Source: an uncultured Acidobacteriota bacterium
GTDB lineage: Bacteria > Acidobacteriota > Vicinamibacteria > Vicinamibacterales > SCN-69-37
DNA: 64,000 bases
NCBI GenBank assembly: GCA_963738485.1
Contig: CAVTWK010000002.1
Location: forward strand, 234,869-298,868
Reading direction: 5' to 3'
The translations under genes and the position numbers were made by a program. The stretch's first letter is position 1. The number at the start of each line of letters is the position of its first letter. Shown piece by piece: positions 1 to 10,150 of this stretch. Under the pieces are notes generated by a model, which saw only the letters and a program-made list of their open reading frames with translations, did not search any database and was not told the origin of the DNA.

Positions 1-579
1 CGGCGCGCTTCGGCGACCAGTGGCAAGGTCTGCGTGGTCGTCTGGCCCCACGAGAGCCGTACGCGTGTCGCAACGGCCGACATGCGCTCGAAGAATCCGG
101 CCTCGTGCCACGCCCAGCGCTGCGCATCGGGCACCGCGACGGCGAAGTAGTCACCGGCGGGCAGCGTCGTGATCTCGAACGCGCCGGTGGTGGACGCGGC
201 AATGGTCGTGATGCCGCGCGGCATCAGCCCATACCGCGTCCAGCTCGTGCGAGTGACGGGAAAGACGACGATGGCCGCGTTCTCGGCCGCCAAACCGTCC
301 CTGCCGCGTACGACGCCGGAGAGCGTGGGCACCACATTGGTCAGCGTCACCGTCACCTCGGAGACCTGCCTGACGGCGGCCAAATCCAACGCCACATCTG
401 TGACATCGCGCTCTCGCCACGTCACTGACTTGACCATCCAGCCGCCGAACACCACCGGGCGCACGAAGTACTCGCCGGGTATCACCTCCTAGATCAGCGC
501 CGCTGAGTGTGGCGACCAGCGCCGCGCCCAGTGCACGCGCGACGAGCGGAGCAACAACGGCACGAATGGGCGCAGGCAT
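1..579 (-). CDS. secreted protein with carboxypeptidase-regulatory-like beta-sandwich region; its 3' end lies beyond the window start; frame break near 485-495
   Basis: The minus-strand frame is open from 488 to 1 and reads EVIPGEYFVRPVVFGGWMVKSVTW...TGAFEITTLPAGDYFAVAVPDAQ. A signal-peptide-like MPAPIRAVVAPLVARALGAALVATLS starts at ATG 579 but in another frame. Confidence 0.4.
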
Positions 580-849
580 CGCGGCCTCCAGCGGCGCCAC
601 ACGCGCCTGCTCCTAAGACACCACGACGAGGGTTTTCGTTTCAGTGAACGTGCGCGAGGGAACATGCACGGGCGGGGAAGGGAGGCGTGTGCTGGCGGGA
701 AGTATCGACGGCAGGATTGCGCCGACCCGATCCGACGACGGGGGCGCGCCCAGCACCGGCAAGAGTGGCGGCGCATCGCGCCGCGCGCTGCGCGGCCCCC
801 GTCGTGGTTCGGACGTCACGGTGCAGGTGAGGTGCGCCCGTGACGCGGG

Positions 850-1059
850 CTACGGTTGCGGCTGCTGGCGTCGGAAGAAGTTGTCCACTTCGTCCTGCGC
901 CTGCTCGCGCGCGTAGCCATAACGTTCCTGGACCACGCCGACGAGCTTCTCCGCGTTGCCTTCGACGCGCGTCATGTCGTCGTCGGTCAACTTGCCCCAC
1001 TGGGCCTTGGCCTCGCCCTTCCACTGGTGCCACATGCCTTTGATCTGATCGAGATTCAT
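850..1059 (-). CDS. CsbD family general stress protein
   Basis: The 69-aa ORF MNLDQIKGMWHQWKGEAKAQWGKLTDDD...VQERYGY matches the CsbD family pattern. Confidence 0.9.
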   Translation of the reverse strand: MNLDQIKGMWHQWKGEAKAQWGKLTDDDMTRVEGNAEKLVGVVQERYGYAREQAQDEVDNFFRRQQPQP

Positions 1060-1084
1060 CGCGCGCTCCTTCTGTGTGTGAATT

Positions 1085-1119
1085 GGGGTCAGACCGGGGT
1101 CAGACCACGGTCTGACCCC
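1085..1119. repeat. tandem GGGGTCAGACC x2 followed by its inverted copy GGTCTGACCCC (hairpin between the BON and CsbD genes)
   Basis: Read directly: GGGGTCAGACC at 1085-1095 and 1096-1106, reverse complement at 1109-1119. Confidence 0.8.
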
Positions 1120-1132
1120 GGCGGCGTGAGCC

Positions 1133-1729
1133 CTACTTGATGACGAGCTGATCGACGACGGACTTGACGCCGTCGGTCTGCCTGGCCAACTCGATGGCGC
1201 GTGCTCGGCCCGCCTGTGACTTGACGGTGCCCTTGAGGGTGACCACGTTGTTCTTCGTGTCCACGTTGATGTTGCTGTCCTTCAGCGTGTCTTCGCCGAC
1301 GAAGAACCAGCTGACCTTCGAGTTGATCCAGGTATCCGAGATCTTGTCGCCGGTCTTCGAGAGGCCTGCCTTGATCCGATCCGCCACGCTCTTGTCGGCG
1401 TCGGGATCGACCTTGATGTCATTGACGACGGTGGTCACGCCGTCAATCTTCGCGACTCGTTCGGCGGCGGCCTTCTGTGCGGCCGTGGCGACCGACCCGC
1501 TCAGTTTCACCACGGAGCCCTCGACATCGACGTCGATGTCGTACTTCTTGACGCTCGCGTCGGTCTCGAGGCGGTACTCGACCCGGTCCTCGAGCGTCCT
1601 CTGCGTCGCAGGACGGGTCATCTGTGCGTCGGCGGGTGTCGCGGGACGCGGGGCCTGGGCAACTGCGAACTGCGGCACCGCGGCGAGCGCGGCGGTCAGC
1701 GTGAGGGCGAGTGTTGTCGTTCTCTTCAT
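1133..1729 (-). CDS. BON domain-containing periplasmic protein (OsmY-like)
   Basis: Signal peptide MKRTTTLALTLTAALAAVPQFAVAQA follows a GGAGGA RBS. Two BON-like segments are present (VKLSGSVATAAQKAAAERVAKIDGVTTVVNDI and VVTLKGTVKSQAGRARAIELARQTDGVKSVVDQL). Start set at the internal ATG 1729 of ORF 1133..1765. Confidence 0.85.
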   Translation of the reverse strand: MKRTTTLALTLTAALAAVPQFAVAQAPRPATPADAQMTRPATQRTLEDRVEYRLETDASVKKYDIDVDVEGSVVKLSGSVATAAQKAAAERVAKIDGVTTVVNDIKVDPDADKSVADRIKAGLSKTGDKISDTWINSKVSWFFVGEDTLKDSNINVDTKNNVVTLKGTVKSQAGRARAIELARQTDGVKSVVDQLVIK

Positions 1730-1929
1730 ATCGGTGTTCCTCCTGAACAGCCTCATGAAGTGCAAGGCTCCTGCCAGCTCCTCGGTCGGTCGCAGGTGGC
1801 CGCACGATCGGCCGTCCGGGCCCGATTGAGACGGCTGGTGCCGAGAGTGGGCAGGACTGGCGATCGATTGGCGCGTGCGGCGGCGTGCGGGCGGTCTGGC
1901 CGCTGGGAACGGACGTGCCTGCGCGTGAG

Positions 1930-2730
1930 TCAGAGCGTGCTGAGAAAGTCCCTCATCGCCGTGGCCAGCGCGTCAGGCGCTTCGAAGAACGCGAGGTGCC
2001 CGCACTCGGGAAAGAGCGTCGCCGCCGGGCGCGCCGGGAATCCCTGCGCGAATGCCACGACGTCGTCTGGCGGCGCGTACTGGTCGTGGACCCCTGTCAT
2101 CACGGCGACGGGCACGGTGACTGTGGGCACCACGTCGCGCGCGTCGGCGGCGAGCAGGATCTCGATGGCCCGCGCGTAGCTGTCCTTGGACTGCGCTTCG
2201 AATACGCGCTCGTAGAGCGCAACGAGACTGGCCTGCTGCGTGAGGCTCGACGGCGAGAAGATGCCAGGCATGGCCTTGGCGCCCCATCCGGCGAGGCCGT
2301 ACTTGCGCACGTCGTGCAGGCGCGTCGTGAGCCGCTCACGAATCAGCGGCCGGACCGTCGGCAGGCCGCCGAGGCAGGCGATGGCGCGAATGTCATCCGG
2401 CCATCGTCGCCACGCCTCGAGCGCGAGGATGGTGCCGAGCGAGTGCCCGAGCAGGACGACGGGTTCGCCGACGTAGGTGCGGACCAGCGCGCCGAGGTCG
2501 TCGAGCCAGGACTCGAGCGTGAAGTCCGCGGGGACCGAGGTGCTGTGGCCCGTGCCGGGCAGATCGACCGAGAGGACGCGCGCGCGGGTCGCCAGCACGG
2601 CCGCGGGCGCCCGAAAGAAGAAGGCACCGCCGCCGAGACCGTGGAGGGCGAGCACCGGCGTGCCCGTGCCCGCGTCCTCCACGTAGAGCGCGCTCCCTCG
2701 CGGGCTGACGAACGTTTCGCGCAGGCTCAT
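1930..2730 (-). CDS. alpha/beta hydrolase fold protein
   Basis: MSLRETFVSPRGSALYVEDAGTGTPVLALHGLGGG...LLGHSLGT (nucleophile elbow GHSLG). The real start is the internal ATG at 2730 of the 474-aa ORF; the upstream part is R-rich junk. Confidence 0.85.
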   Translation of the reverse strand: MSLRETFVSPRGSALYVEDAGTGTPVLALHGLGGGAFFFRAPAAVLATRARVLSVDLPGTGHSTSVPADFTLESWLDDLGALVRTYVGEPVVLLGHSLGTILALEAWRRWPDDIRAIACLGGLPTVRPLIRERLTTRLHDVRKYGLAGWGAKAMPGIFSPSSLTQQASLVALYERVFEAQSKDSYARAIEILLAADARDVVPTVTVPVAVMTGVHDQYAPPDDVVAFAQGFPARPAATLFPECGHLAFFEAPDALATAMRDFLSTL

Positions 2731-2762
2731 CGGATCCCGTGCGCGCAGGCCGCGTCGGCCAC

Positions 2763-3326
2763 TCAGGCCGGGACGGCCTCCTGAAGACACGCGAACACCT
2801 CGCGATAGAACGCCGGGTGTTCGCGCCACGTCGGCGACGAGACGAGCCGGCCATCGCGCACGGTCTCCTCGGCCACGTAGATGCCGCCGCAGGTCTCGAG
2901 TTCCAGGCGGACGTGCTCGTAGCACGTCACGCGCTTGCCGCGGACCAGATCCGCCGCGGCGACGAGCTGGACGCCGTGACAAATCGCGAAGGTCCACTTC
3001 CCGAGCCGGTCGAACTCCTGGAGGATGGTCCGCACGCGGGCGTCGTTGCGGAGGTACTCGGGCGCCCGCCCGCCGATGCAGACCACCGCGTCGTAGGCGG
3101 CGACCTTCACGTCGGCGAACGTCAGGTCCGAGTCCATCGCGTAACCGGGGGCTTCCCGATAGGTGTCCCAGCCAGGCTCGAAGTCGTGCATGACGAGGTG
3201 CAGGCGCCGCTTCGACGGGGCGGCGACGTGCGTCACGTAGCCGGCCTCCTGAAAGCGGTGGACGGCGAACCAGGTCTCGTAGCTCTCGCCGCCGTCGCCA
3301 GTGATGATCAGAACCTGCCGGGCCAT
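2763..3326 (-). CDS. DJ-1/PfpI family protein
   Basis: MARQVLIITGDGGESYE...AICHGVQLVAAADLV (nucleophile-elbow Cys-His). GGAGG lies 5 nt upstream of ATG 3326. Confidence 0.85.
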   Translation of the reverse strand: MARQVLIITGDGGESYETWFAVHRFQEAGYVTHVAAPSKRRLHLVMHDFEPGWDTYREAPGYAMDSDLTFADVKVAAYDAVVCIGGRAPEYLRNDARVRTILQEFDRLGKWTFAICHGVQLVAAADLVRGKRVTCYEHVRLELETCGGIYVAEETVRDGRLVSSPTWREHPAFYREVFACLQEAVPA

Positions 3327-3419
3327 GCTGCCTCCATAAAAGTGTGTGCAGCACTTATGAACCGGCGGCGGCCGAAAGTCAACGAGACGCGGCCGGAACA
3401 TTGGCGGTAGCATGCCGCC

Positions 3420-3848
3420 ATGAGCGACCGTTCCTCCGCCGCTGCCATCGAAGCGGCCATCGCCGTGGCGCGCGTCCGTGCGCTGCGGACAGGGCTGCTC
3501 GACCTGCACAAGACGCTGCTCGACATCGAACGCGCGCGATTCGAGCGCGTCCACGGCCGCTTCGAGCATGCGCACGCGGTGCTGAAGGCCGTCCTCGATG
3601 ACCCCGCATTCGCCTGGCTCAGGTCCCTGTCCGGTCTCGTCGTGCGGATCGACGAACGGGCCGCGGATCGGGCGCCGCTGCGACCCGCCGACGTGCGGGC
3701 GTTCGCCGACGAGGTGCACGAGTTGCTGGTGGGGCAGGACGCCACCCCGTTCCGCGCGGAGTATCAGCGCGTCCTGCAGGAGTTTCCCGAGGCCGTGGTC
3801 GCGCACGGTCGCGTGCAAACCCTGTTGTCCGAGTACCGCGGCACCTGA
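3420..3848 (+). CDS. hypothetical protein (helical, no recognised domain)
   Basis: 142-aa ORF with protein-like composition and good third-position GC. I recognised no family. Confidence 0.55.
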   Translation: MSDRSSAAAIEAAIAVARVRALRTGLLDLHKTLLDIERARFERVHGRFEHAHAVLKAVLDDPAFAWLRSLSGLVVRIDERAADRAPLRPADVRAFADEVHELLVGQDATPFRAEYQRVLQEFPEAVVAHGRVQTLLSEYRGT

Positions 3849-3944
3849 GCGCGCCGAAGAGTTTGTACCGCTGTCACAGCGACGAGTCGTGGTCGTCGTG
3901 GTGGCTCAGTAGAGTGGCGACGTTCTCGAAGGGAGCCGCCACTC

Positions 3945-5327
3945 ATGTCAGAGACTTCGCAGCCATCAATCCTCGACCGGCGCACGTTCATGAGGCGAGG
4001 CGCCATGGGCGTCGGCGCGCTGTGGGCCGTGTCCCTGCAGGAACTCGTCGCCCGCCGGGCCGTCGAGCGCACGTTCGCGCCCAGTCCGTATGGCGAGGTT
4101 GAGCCCACCAACGACCAGACCACCGGACTGCCGCTGTTGCTGCTCCCCCCGGGGTTTACCTACCTCTCGACGGGCTGGACCGGCGACCGCATGTCCGACG
4201 GCATCCGCACGCCAGGGTCGCACGACGGCATGGCCGTCATCGGCAACTACGGCGGCAACCCCGGGCTGCTGACGCTCGTGCGCAACCACGAGTCGAGCTC
4301 GAATACGACCTTCGGCACCAACCCTGCGCTCAGGTACTCGCCGAACTCCGGTGGCGGCACGACCAACCTCATCTTCGATGTCAAGCGTGGCCGCTTCGTG
4401 AAGACGTTCTCGTCACTCGCCGGCACGCGCACCAACTGCGCCGGCGGCGTCACGCCCTGGGGCACGTGGATCACCTGCGAAGAGACGACCGCGACGTCGG
4501 CCTTGGGGACGCGCACCCACGGCTGGTGTTTCGAAGTGGGTCCGAACGGCGGCGATCCGACCCCGCTCACCGCGATGGGGCGCTTCTCGCACGAGGCCAT
4601 CATGATCGACGCCTCGCCGACGACGGGGGGCACGGTCTATCTGACCGAGGACGCCGGCGGCACCAGCGGCTTCTACAAGTTCGTGCCCAATGTCCACGGT
4701 GACCTCAAGCAAGGCGGCGAACTGTTCATGCTGAAGGTCAAGGGCGTGAACCAGGCAGACCTGCGGTTCGTCTCGGCGATGGGAACGATCTGGGACGTCG
4801 AATGGGTCAAGATCAACAACCCCGCGTCCAGCCCGTATGCGCAGGGGTTCACGGCCGGCGCGGCCCGGTTCAACCGGCTCGAAGGCGCGTGGTGGGGTTG
4901 GAAGACCGGCTATTTCCTCTCGACCAGCGGTGGTTCGACGGGCGAGGGACAGGTGTTCGAGTTCGATCCCGGCGCGCAGACCCTGCGCCTGATCTACAAC
5001 TCCTCAAATTTCGACGACTGCGACAACCCGGACAACATGGTGGTCACGCCGCAGGGACAGCTCCTGCTCTGTGAGGACGGCGGCGGCGGCGCCGGAGGTG
5101 CCGATCGCCTGATCGGCCTCACGCTCGCTGGCACCACCTTCACCTTCGCCCGGAACAACATGGTGCTGCCCAAGCCGTACAACGACCTGATTGCTGCGGG
5201 CACCTACCGAACGAGCGAACTGGCCGGTGCCTGCTTCAGCCCAGACGGCAAGTGGCTGTTCGTCAACCAGCAGACGCCGGGTGTGACCTACGCCATCACC
5301 GGACCGTGGCATCAGGGTCCGCTCTAA
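3945..5327 (+). CDS. PhoX-like / DUF839 family secreted protein with Tat signal
   Basis: Twin-arginine leader SILDRRTFMRRGAMGVGALWA. Beta-propeller-type motifs NCAGGVTPWGTWITCEE, FSHEA and CFSPDGKWLFVNQQ are typical of PhoX/DUF839. Confidence 0.8.
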   Translation: MSETSQPSILDRRTFMRRGAMGVGALWAVSLQELVARRAVERTFAPSPYGEVEPTNDQTTGLPLLLLPPGFTYLSTGWTGDRMSDGIRTPGSHDGMAVIGNYGGNPGLLTLVRNHESSSNTTFGTNPALRYSPNSGGGTTNLIFDVKRGRFVKTFSSLAGTRTNCAGGVTPWGTWITCEETTATSALGTRTHGWCFEVGPNGGDPTPLTAMGRFSHEAIMIDASPTTGGTVYLTEDAGGTSGFYKFVPNVHGDLKQGGELFMLKVKGVNQADLRFVSAMGTIWDVEWVKINNPASSPYAQGFTAGAARFNRLEGAWWGWKTGYFLSTSGGSTGEGQVFEFDPGAQTLRLIYNSSNFDDCDNPDNMVVTPQGQLLLCEDGGGGAGGADRLIGLTLAGTTFTFARNNMVLPKPYNDLIAAGTYRTSELAGACFSPDGKWLFVNQQTPGVTYAITGPWHQGPL

Positions 5328-5365
5328 CAGGGCGCCTACTTCATCTTTCGAGGATTGGATTCGTC

Positions 5366-5977
5366 ATGCGTCGACTCACCATTGGTCTGTTCGCCATCCT
5401 GACTCTCGCCACGACCGCGCGCCCGGCCCAGGCGCTGCCGATCACGTACGCCGGGGCGCTGACCGATAGCGTGCCGTCGCTCGGCACCAGCACCCAGGAC
5501 GACGCGGGCCTGTTTTTCTCGTACACCGACGACCCGGAGGGCGCGGACTACTGGAGCCTCTCCGTGCTGGCCGGCGCGCGCGTGACGGTGTCCGGTCGCC
5601 GCCTGGCCGAGCACTTCGACATGGTGCTCTGGGTGTTCCGGAACCCGGATCAGTCCGGTGATGGGCGCTATGAAGACACGAGCGAGTTCGGCGGGTTCCT
5701 GACGCCGGCCACACCGGGCTTCGTCGGTTTCTTCGACGACAACATCGACGTGCCGGGCCCGTTCGGTGACCCGCAGGGGCAGTTCATCGCGCCGGCCACC
5801 GGCGTCTACACGTTCATCGTGACCAGCGGCCTCAGCGACGTCGGCAGCCCGGATCCCTACAGCCTGCAGGTCAGCACGATGCCCGAACCGGGCACGCTGG
5901 TGCTGCTCGGGACGGGCTTGACGCTCGTGGCTCGTGCGTCACGACGCCGCCTGGGTCATCCGAGCGAACGCCGGTAA
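5366..5977 (+). CDS. PEP-CTERM sorting-domain protein
   Basis: Signal peptide MRRLTIGLFAILTLATTARPAQA. C-terminal MPEPGTLVLLGTGLTLVARASRRR is a PEP motif, TM helix and basic tail. Confidence 0.8.
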   Translation: MRRLTIGLFAILTLATTARPAQALPITYAGALTDSVPSLGTSTQDDAGLFFSYTDDPEGADYWSLSVLAGARVTVSGRRLAEHFDMVLWVFRNPDQSGDGRYEDTSEFGGFLTPATPGFVGFFDDNIDVPGPFGDPQGQFIAPATGVYTFIVTSGLSDVGSPDPYSLQVSTMPEPGTLVLLGTGLTLVARASRRRLGHPSERR

Positions 5978-6100
5978 GGCGTCAGCCCTCCGGGCTGCGC
6001 AGGTTCGTGCACCTTGTGTGCGTCTGGCTCAAGCCCCACGGACCCGCGTCCGATTGGGAGGGGAGCGAGGGTGTCAGCCCTCGTCAGAGACAGGGGACGC

Positions 6101-7351
6101 ATGACGCCGCAGGTGAAGACGCAGACGGATCAGGGGCAATTGGCCGTCGCGCGCCAGCCCATTCTCGATCGCAGCCGCAACGTGATGGGCTACGAACTGC
6201 TGTTCAGGACGGACGCGTTGGGCACCCGGGCGCCGCTCGACCAGGCCTCCGCGCAGGTGATCTCGAGCTCGTTCCTCGACATCGGCCTCGAGACGCTGAC
6301 CGACGGCCGGCGCGCGTTCGTCAACGTCAGCCGGCGCCTGCTCCTCGACGGCGTGATGACGGTGCTGCCGCCCAAGCAGGTCGTGCTGGAACTGGCCTCG
6401 GACGTCGAGGCCGACGGCGATGTCATCGCCGCCTGCACGGAGCTTCGCCGTGGCGGCTATGCCATCGCCGTGGACAACTTCGTGCTGAACGAATGGACGG
6501 CCGACCTCATCCCGTTGGCCGACTACCTCAAGGTGGATTTCGGTACGCTCGGAGATCCTGAGGCGCGTGCCCGGCTGACGGCGGCCCGCGGGCCCAACGG
6601 CCCGGCGCTGATCGCCACTGGGATCGAGACGCTCGACCAGTTCGAAGCGGCAGCCTCGGGCGGGTATGAGTACTTCCAGGGCTTCTTCTTCGGGCGCCCA
6701 CTGATCACCCAGTCACGTGGAGTGCCCGGACAGCAGGTCGCGCATCTACGTCTCCTGCACGCGCTCAACAACCCCAACCTCTCGGTCCATCACCTCGAGG
6801 AACTGGTCAAGCACGACGCGTCGCTCTGCTACCGGATCCTGCGGACGGTCAACTCGGCCGCCTTCGCCCTGCAGACCCCCGTCCAGTCGATTCGACAGGC
6901 GCTCATCTACATCGGCCGTGACACGGTGCGCCGCTGGGTGTCGCTCTGGGCCCTGGCCGGGCTCAGCGAGCGCGCGCACGCCGAGCTGGTGGTCATGGCC
7001 ACCGTCCGGGCGCGGTTCTGCGAGATCGTCGCGCGTGGGGAAGAGGACGGCGGCGCCGAAGGCTTCCTGCTCGGCATGTGCTCGCTGCTCGACGTGATCC
7101 TCGAACGCCCGATGGCCGAGGTGCTGAAGGACCTGCCGCTCGGCGCCGAACTGCAGGCCGCGCTCCGCGGCGAGCAGAACGAGCGACGCGCGCTGCTCGA
7201 CTGCGCGATCGCGTACGAGCGTGGCGAGTGGCCTTTGGCGGACGAGAAGGCGCGGTTGATCGGCGTCTCGCCGACCTCGCTGCCCAAGGCCTACATGGAC
7301 GCGCTCCGGTGGATGCGCGACCTGCAGAAGGGCTTCAGCGCGACGTCCTGA
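6101..7351 (+). CDS. EAL domain plus HDOD domain signalling protein
   Basis: QPILDRSRNVMGYELLFR and the YLKVDF/QGFFFGRP EAL motifs are followed by an HDOD-like region (LHALNNPNLSVHHLEELVKHDASLCYRILRTVNSAAF). Confidence 0.85.
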   Translation: MTPQVKTQTDQGQLAVARQPILDRSRNVMGYELLFRTDALGTRAPLDQASAQVISSSFLDIGLETLTDGRRAFVNVSRRLLLDGVMTVLPPKQVVLELASDVEADGDVIAACTELRRGGYAIAVDNFVLNEWTADLIPLADYLKVDFGTLGDPEARARLTAARGPNGPALIATGIETLDQFEAAASGGYEYFQGFFFGRPLITQSRGVPGQQVAHLRLLHALNNPNLSVHHLEELVKHDASLCYRILRTVNSAAFALQTPVQSIRQALIYIGRDTVRRWVSLWALAGLSERAHAELVVMATVRARFCEIVARGEEDGGAEGFLLGMCSLLDVILERPMAEVLKDLPLGAELQAALRGEQNERRALLDCAIAYERGEWPLADEKARLIGVSPTSLPKAYMDALRWMRDLQKGFSATS

Positions 7352-7380
7352 GCAGGCTCGCGCGTCCGCGTGTCCGAGGA

Positions 7381-9120
7381 CTACGGCAGCTTGCGCAGCG
7401 TGCGCGAGATGACCACCTCGGGCTGCCCGGCCAGGCCGATCGTCGCGCGCACCACGTAGTCGCCCGGCGGGAGTTTCTCGGCAGGGATCTCCGCAGTGAG
7501 GTTGAACTTGTCGGGCTCCTGCGTCTGACGGCCCGCCACGGGCACGGTCAGAATGGCGTCGCCCGTGAGCGACTTGGCGACGTCGAGCTTGGCGCCCAGT
7601 TGCGCCCCGGCCAGAGAGCCGTAGAGTTCCACGAACACCGCCACGACGTCGGACCCGGAAAACTGGAGGGCAGGCCTCCCTTGCGGTCCGGCCACGGCGA
7701 GCACCATGGTGCTGAACTTCAGCGGGCCCGCCGTGGGCAGTCCGACCGTCACCGGCACGTCCACAGCCCCGGCGCGGCCCGACGCGTCCGTGACCGCCAC
7801 TCGAGCGCGGTAGGTGCCGGGATCGGCGAGCAGCGAGATCATCAACGGCGCCATGGCGGCCATCTTCTCGTCGGCCGATGCCTGCACGACCAGCTTGTTG
7901 CTGGCGCCGTCGATCAGGGCGACTGTCGCCGCGTTGAACTTGGTCGTCGGATCCACGGGCTCGGCGAGCACCACGACCTTGACCTTGCCACTGGCATCCC
8001 GGGATGAGAACGCCGAGGCCCGGAGCTGCAGATCGCGATAGCCCGTCGTGGACTTGACCATCTCCTTCGGGTTGGCGGCGGCCGCGCGGCCGTCCCCGCG
8101 GGCGATCAACACGTCTGACCGACCCCGTACCGTGACACCCTCACGGGTCACCTTGAGTTCGACGCGATGTGACTGGCCGTTCCGCTCGGACGGCTCGGGC
8201 ACGAACGTCGCCACGTAGCGGGCCGACGTCTCCACGGCGATCTTCGCGAGGGGATTCGTGTCCGTGGCCAGTCGTTGATACTGACCGCCGGTGACCCCGG
8301 CGAGATTCTGGAGGCCTTCAAGATTGGTCGTCGCCGAGGTGTCGGGCTGGACGATGTAGAACTGCGCGCGCGCTTCACCGGCGGCGACGCCGACACGCTG
8401 GAAGTCATTGGTCTGCAGGATGCACGCGTTGTTGCCGCCGGCGCCGCCGCCGGAGGTGGGCCCGGCCATCTCCGCCGAGAAGAACACGAACGTCGTGGGC
8501 GTGCCTGCCAGCCCGGCGAGCATGCCGCGCAGGGCGTCGAGTGCGTCGCGCGCGCGGCAGGGGCGCTGGTCGCTGTCCACCGCCGTCAGCCGGCCCGTGA
8601 CCTTCGCCAATGCCTCGCGCACCGCGGCGTGCGCCGTGCTCGGATCGATGTTGATCGTCCCGCGCGGCACGGTGACGAGTCCGACGCGGTCGGACGCCGA
8701 GAGCGTCGCCATCAACTGCGTGATGGCTTCGCGAACCGGACGCTCGACGCCGGGCCGGAGCGTTTCCTCGTTGACCACGAAGAGGATCGAGCGGCCGTCG
8801 TCGCTGACCGCGTTGGTGGCAAACGGCGCGGGCGCCGCCTCTGCGGAGGGGGCCGCCGGAGCGGACGCGACGCCAGCGGACTTCACCAGCCGCAGCGACG
8901 CCAGCTTGCGCTCCTTGCCATCCACCTTCAGTGAGACCTGCGCCGCCGAGATGTCGAGCACCGGCGTGCCGTCGGCGCCGAGCGCGAGGAAGTCCAGCGT
9001 GACCGGCGCGCCGGTCCCCTGGGCGAGGATGCTCCTCGAGGTGACCAGGCCCGCAGACAGCATCAGGGCGAGGCCGGCCGACAGCAGAACCACACGACGC
9101 GCGCAGGCAGGGGACGACAT
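7381..9120 (-). CDS. VWA domain-containing secreted protein (acidobacterial VWFA-related type)
   Basis: Signal peptide MSSPACARRVVLLSAGLALMLSAGLV. A central VWA-like segment reads SILFVVNEETL...DRVGLVTVPRG. Confidence 0.75.
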   Translation of the reverse strand: MSSPACARRVVLLSAGLALMLSAGLVTSRSILAQGTGAPVTLDFLALGADGTPVLDISAAQVSLKVDGKERKLASLRLVKSAGVASAPAAPSAEAAPAPFATNAVSDDGRSILFVVNEETLRPGVERPVREAITQLMATLSASDRVGLVTVPRGTINIDPSTAHAAVREALAKVTGRLTAVDSDQRPCRARDALDALRGMLAGLAGTPTTFVFFSAEMAGPTSGGGAGGNNACILQTNDFQRVGVAAGEARAQFYIVQPDTSATTNLEGLQNLAGVTGGQYQRLATDTNPLAKIAVETSARYVATFVPEPSERNGQSHRVELKVTREGVTVRGRSDVLIARGDGRAAAANPKEMVKSTTGYRDLQLRASAFSSRDASGKVKVVVLAEPVDPTTKFNAATVALIDGASNKLVVQASADEKMAAMAPLMISLLADPGTYRARVAVTDASGRAGAVDVPVTVGLPTAGPLKFSTMVLAVAGPQGRPALQFSGSDVVAVFVELYGSLAGAQLGAKLDVAKSLTGDAILTVPVAGRQTQEPDKFNLTAEIPAEKLPPGDYVVRATIGLAGQPEVVISRTLRKLP

Positions 9121-9182
9121 GCCGACACTGTAGCGGGACGAGGCAGCCGGCACAAGCCGACCGCCTCGCCTCGCGCGCCCGT

Positions 9183-9917
9183 TCAGTGTCGGAGGCTGAA
9201 GGTGACCGTGACGGTCATCACCACCGGCACCGCCACACCGTTCAGGCGGGTCGGCGTGTAGCGCCAGGTGCCGACCGCCTCGATCGCCGCGCGGTCGAGC
9301 AGCGGAATCGACCTGATCACGCGCACGTCGCGCACCAGGCCGCCCTCGTCAATCGTGGCCTCCAGGATCACCGTGCCGTCCACGCGCGCGGTCTGGGCGA
9401 TCGAGGGATAGCGCGGCGCCTGATAGTGCAGGCGCGCGGGCGCCGCAATCTGGCCGCCGACGCGGAGGACGGGAGGCGGGGCCGAAGGCGTGACGGGCGG
9501 TGGTGCCCCCACCAGCGCGGAGTCGGCGACACCACCCGAGCCCACGCGCGTGAGATCGACCCGGCCCACCAGGCCGTGGAGGTCGCGAGGTACGTCGGCC
9601 GGTTCGGCGCCCGGAGGCGGCATCTGGTCGGGCGCGTTGATGGGGACCTCCCGAACGACCGCCGTCGGCGCGGCGGTCGGCGGGGTCGTGGACGGTGCCA
9701 CCGGGCGCAGGTCCGGCACCTTCGGCAGCTCCGGTGTCGCCACGAACGCCACGAGCGGCTGTACGAGGTGCGGCCCGTCCACATTCGAGGTGAACTGCAG
9801 CGCCACGATGATCGCGAGCGCGGCGGCGTGGAGCGCCAGTGAAACGACCACCGTGCCACGGCGGCCGCGGTTGACGGTGCGCGGAACGAGCGTCTGGTCG
9901 AACAGGTCGTGCGCCAT
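9183..9917 (-). CDS. TonB family energy transducer
   Basis: N-terminal TM anchor (VVVSLALHAAALAIIVAL), a Pro-rich spacer, and a C-terminal TonB fold (YPSIAQTARVDGTVILEATIDEGGLVRDVRVIRSIPLLDRAAIEAVGTWRYTPTRLNG). GGAGGGA RBS precedes ATG 9917. Confidence 0.8.
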   Translation of the reverse strand: MAHDLFDQTLVPRTVNRGRRGTVVVSLALHAAALAIIVALQFTSNVDGPHLVQPLVAFVATPELPKVPDLRPVAPSTTPPTAAPTAVVREVPINAPDQMPPPGAEPADVPRDLHGLVGRVDLTRVGSGGVADSALVGAPPPVTPSAPPPVLRVGGQIAAPARLHYQAPRYPSIAQTARVDGTVILEATIDEGGLVRDVRVIRSIPLLDRAAIEAVGTWRYTPTRLNGVAVPVVMTVTVTFSLRH

Positions 9918-10000
9918 AGGTCCCTCCCTGACACGGCCGGAAATCGGCTGTGCCGACGTGTCGATCACGTCGTGAATGGAAGGGCCCTTCGCTACGACGG

Positions 10001-10140
10001 TTAGACACCGAAGAGTGGGGACTGACGCAGAAGTCCAGGAACAGACGGTGAAGTGCTGGGGCTGACGGCGAAGTGCTGGGGGCTGAGGGTGCAGTGCGGA
10101 CGCTGACGGTGAAGTGCTGACGAGACGGTGAAGTGCGGCG
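10001..10140 (+). repeat. ~20-bp tandem repeat (unit about CTGACGGTGAAGTGCTGGGG), 6-7 degenerate copies
   Basis: GACGG[TC]GAAGTGC occurs at 10044, 10064, 10104 and 10124 in a 20-nt register. Confidence 0.8.
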
Positions 10141-10150
10141 GTGGCTACAG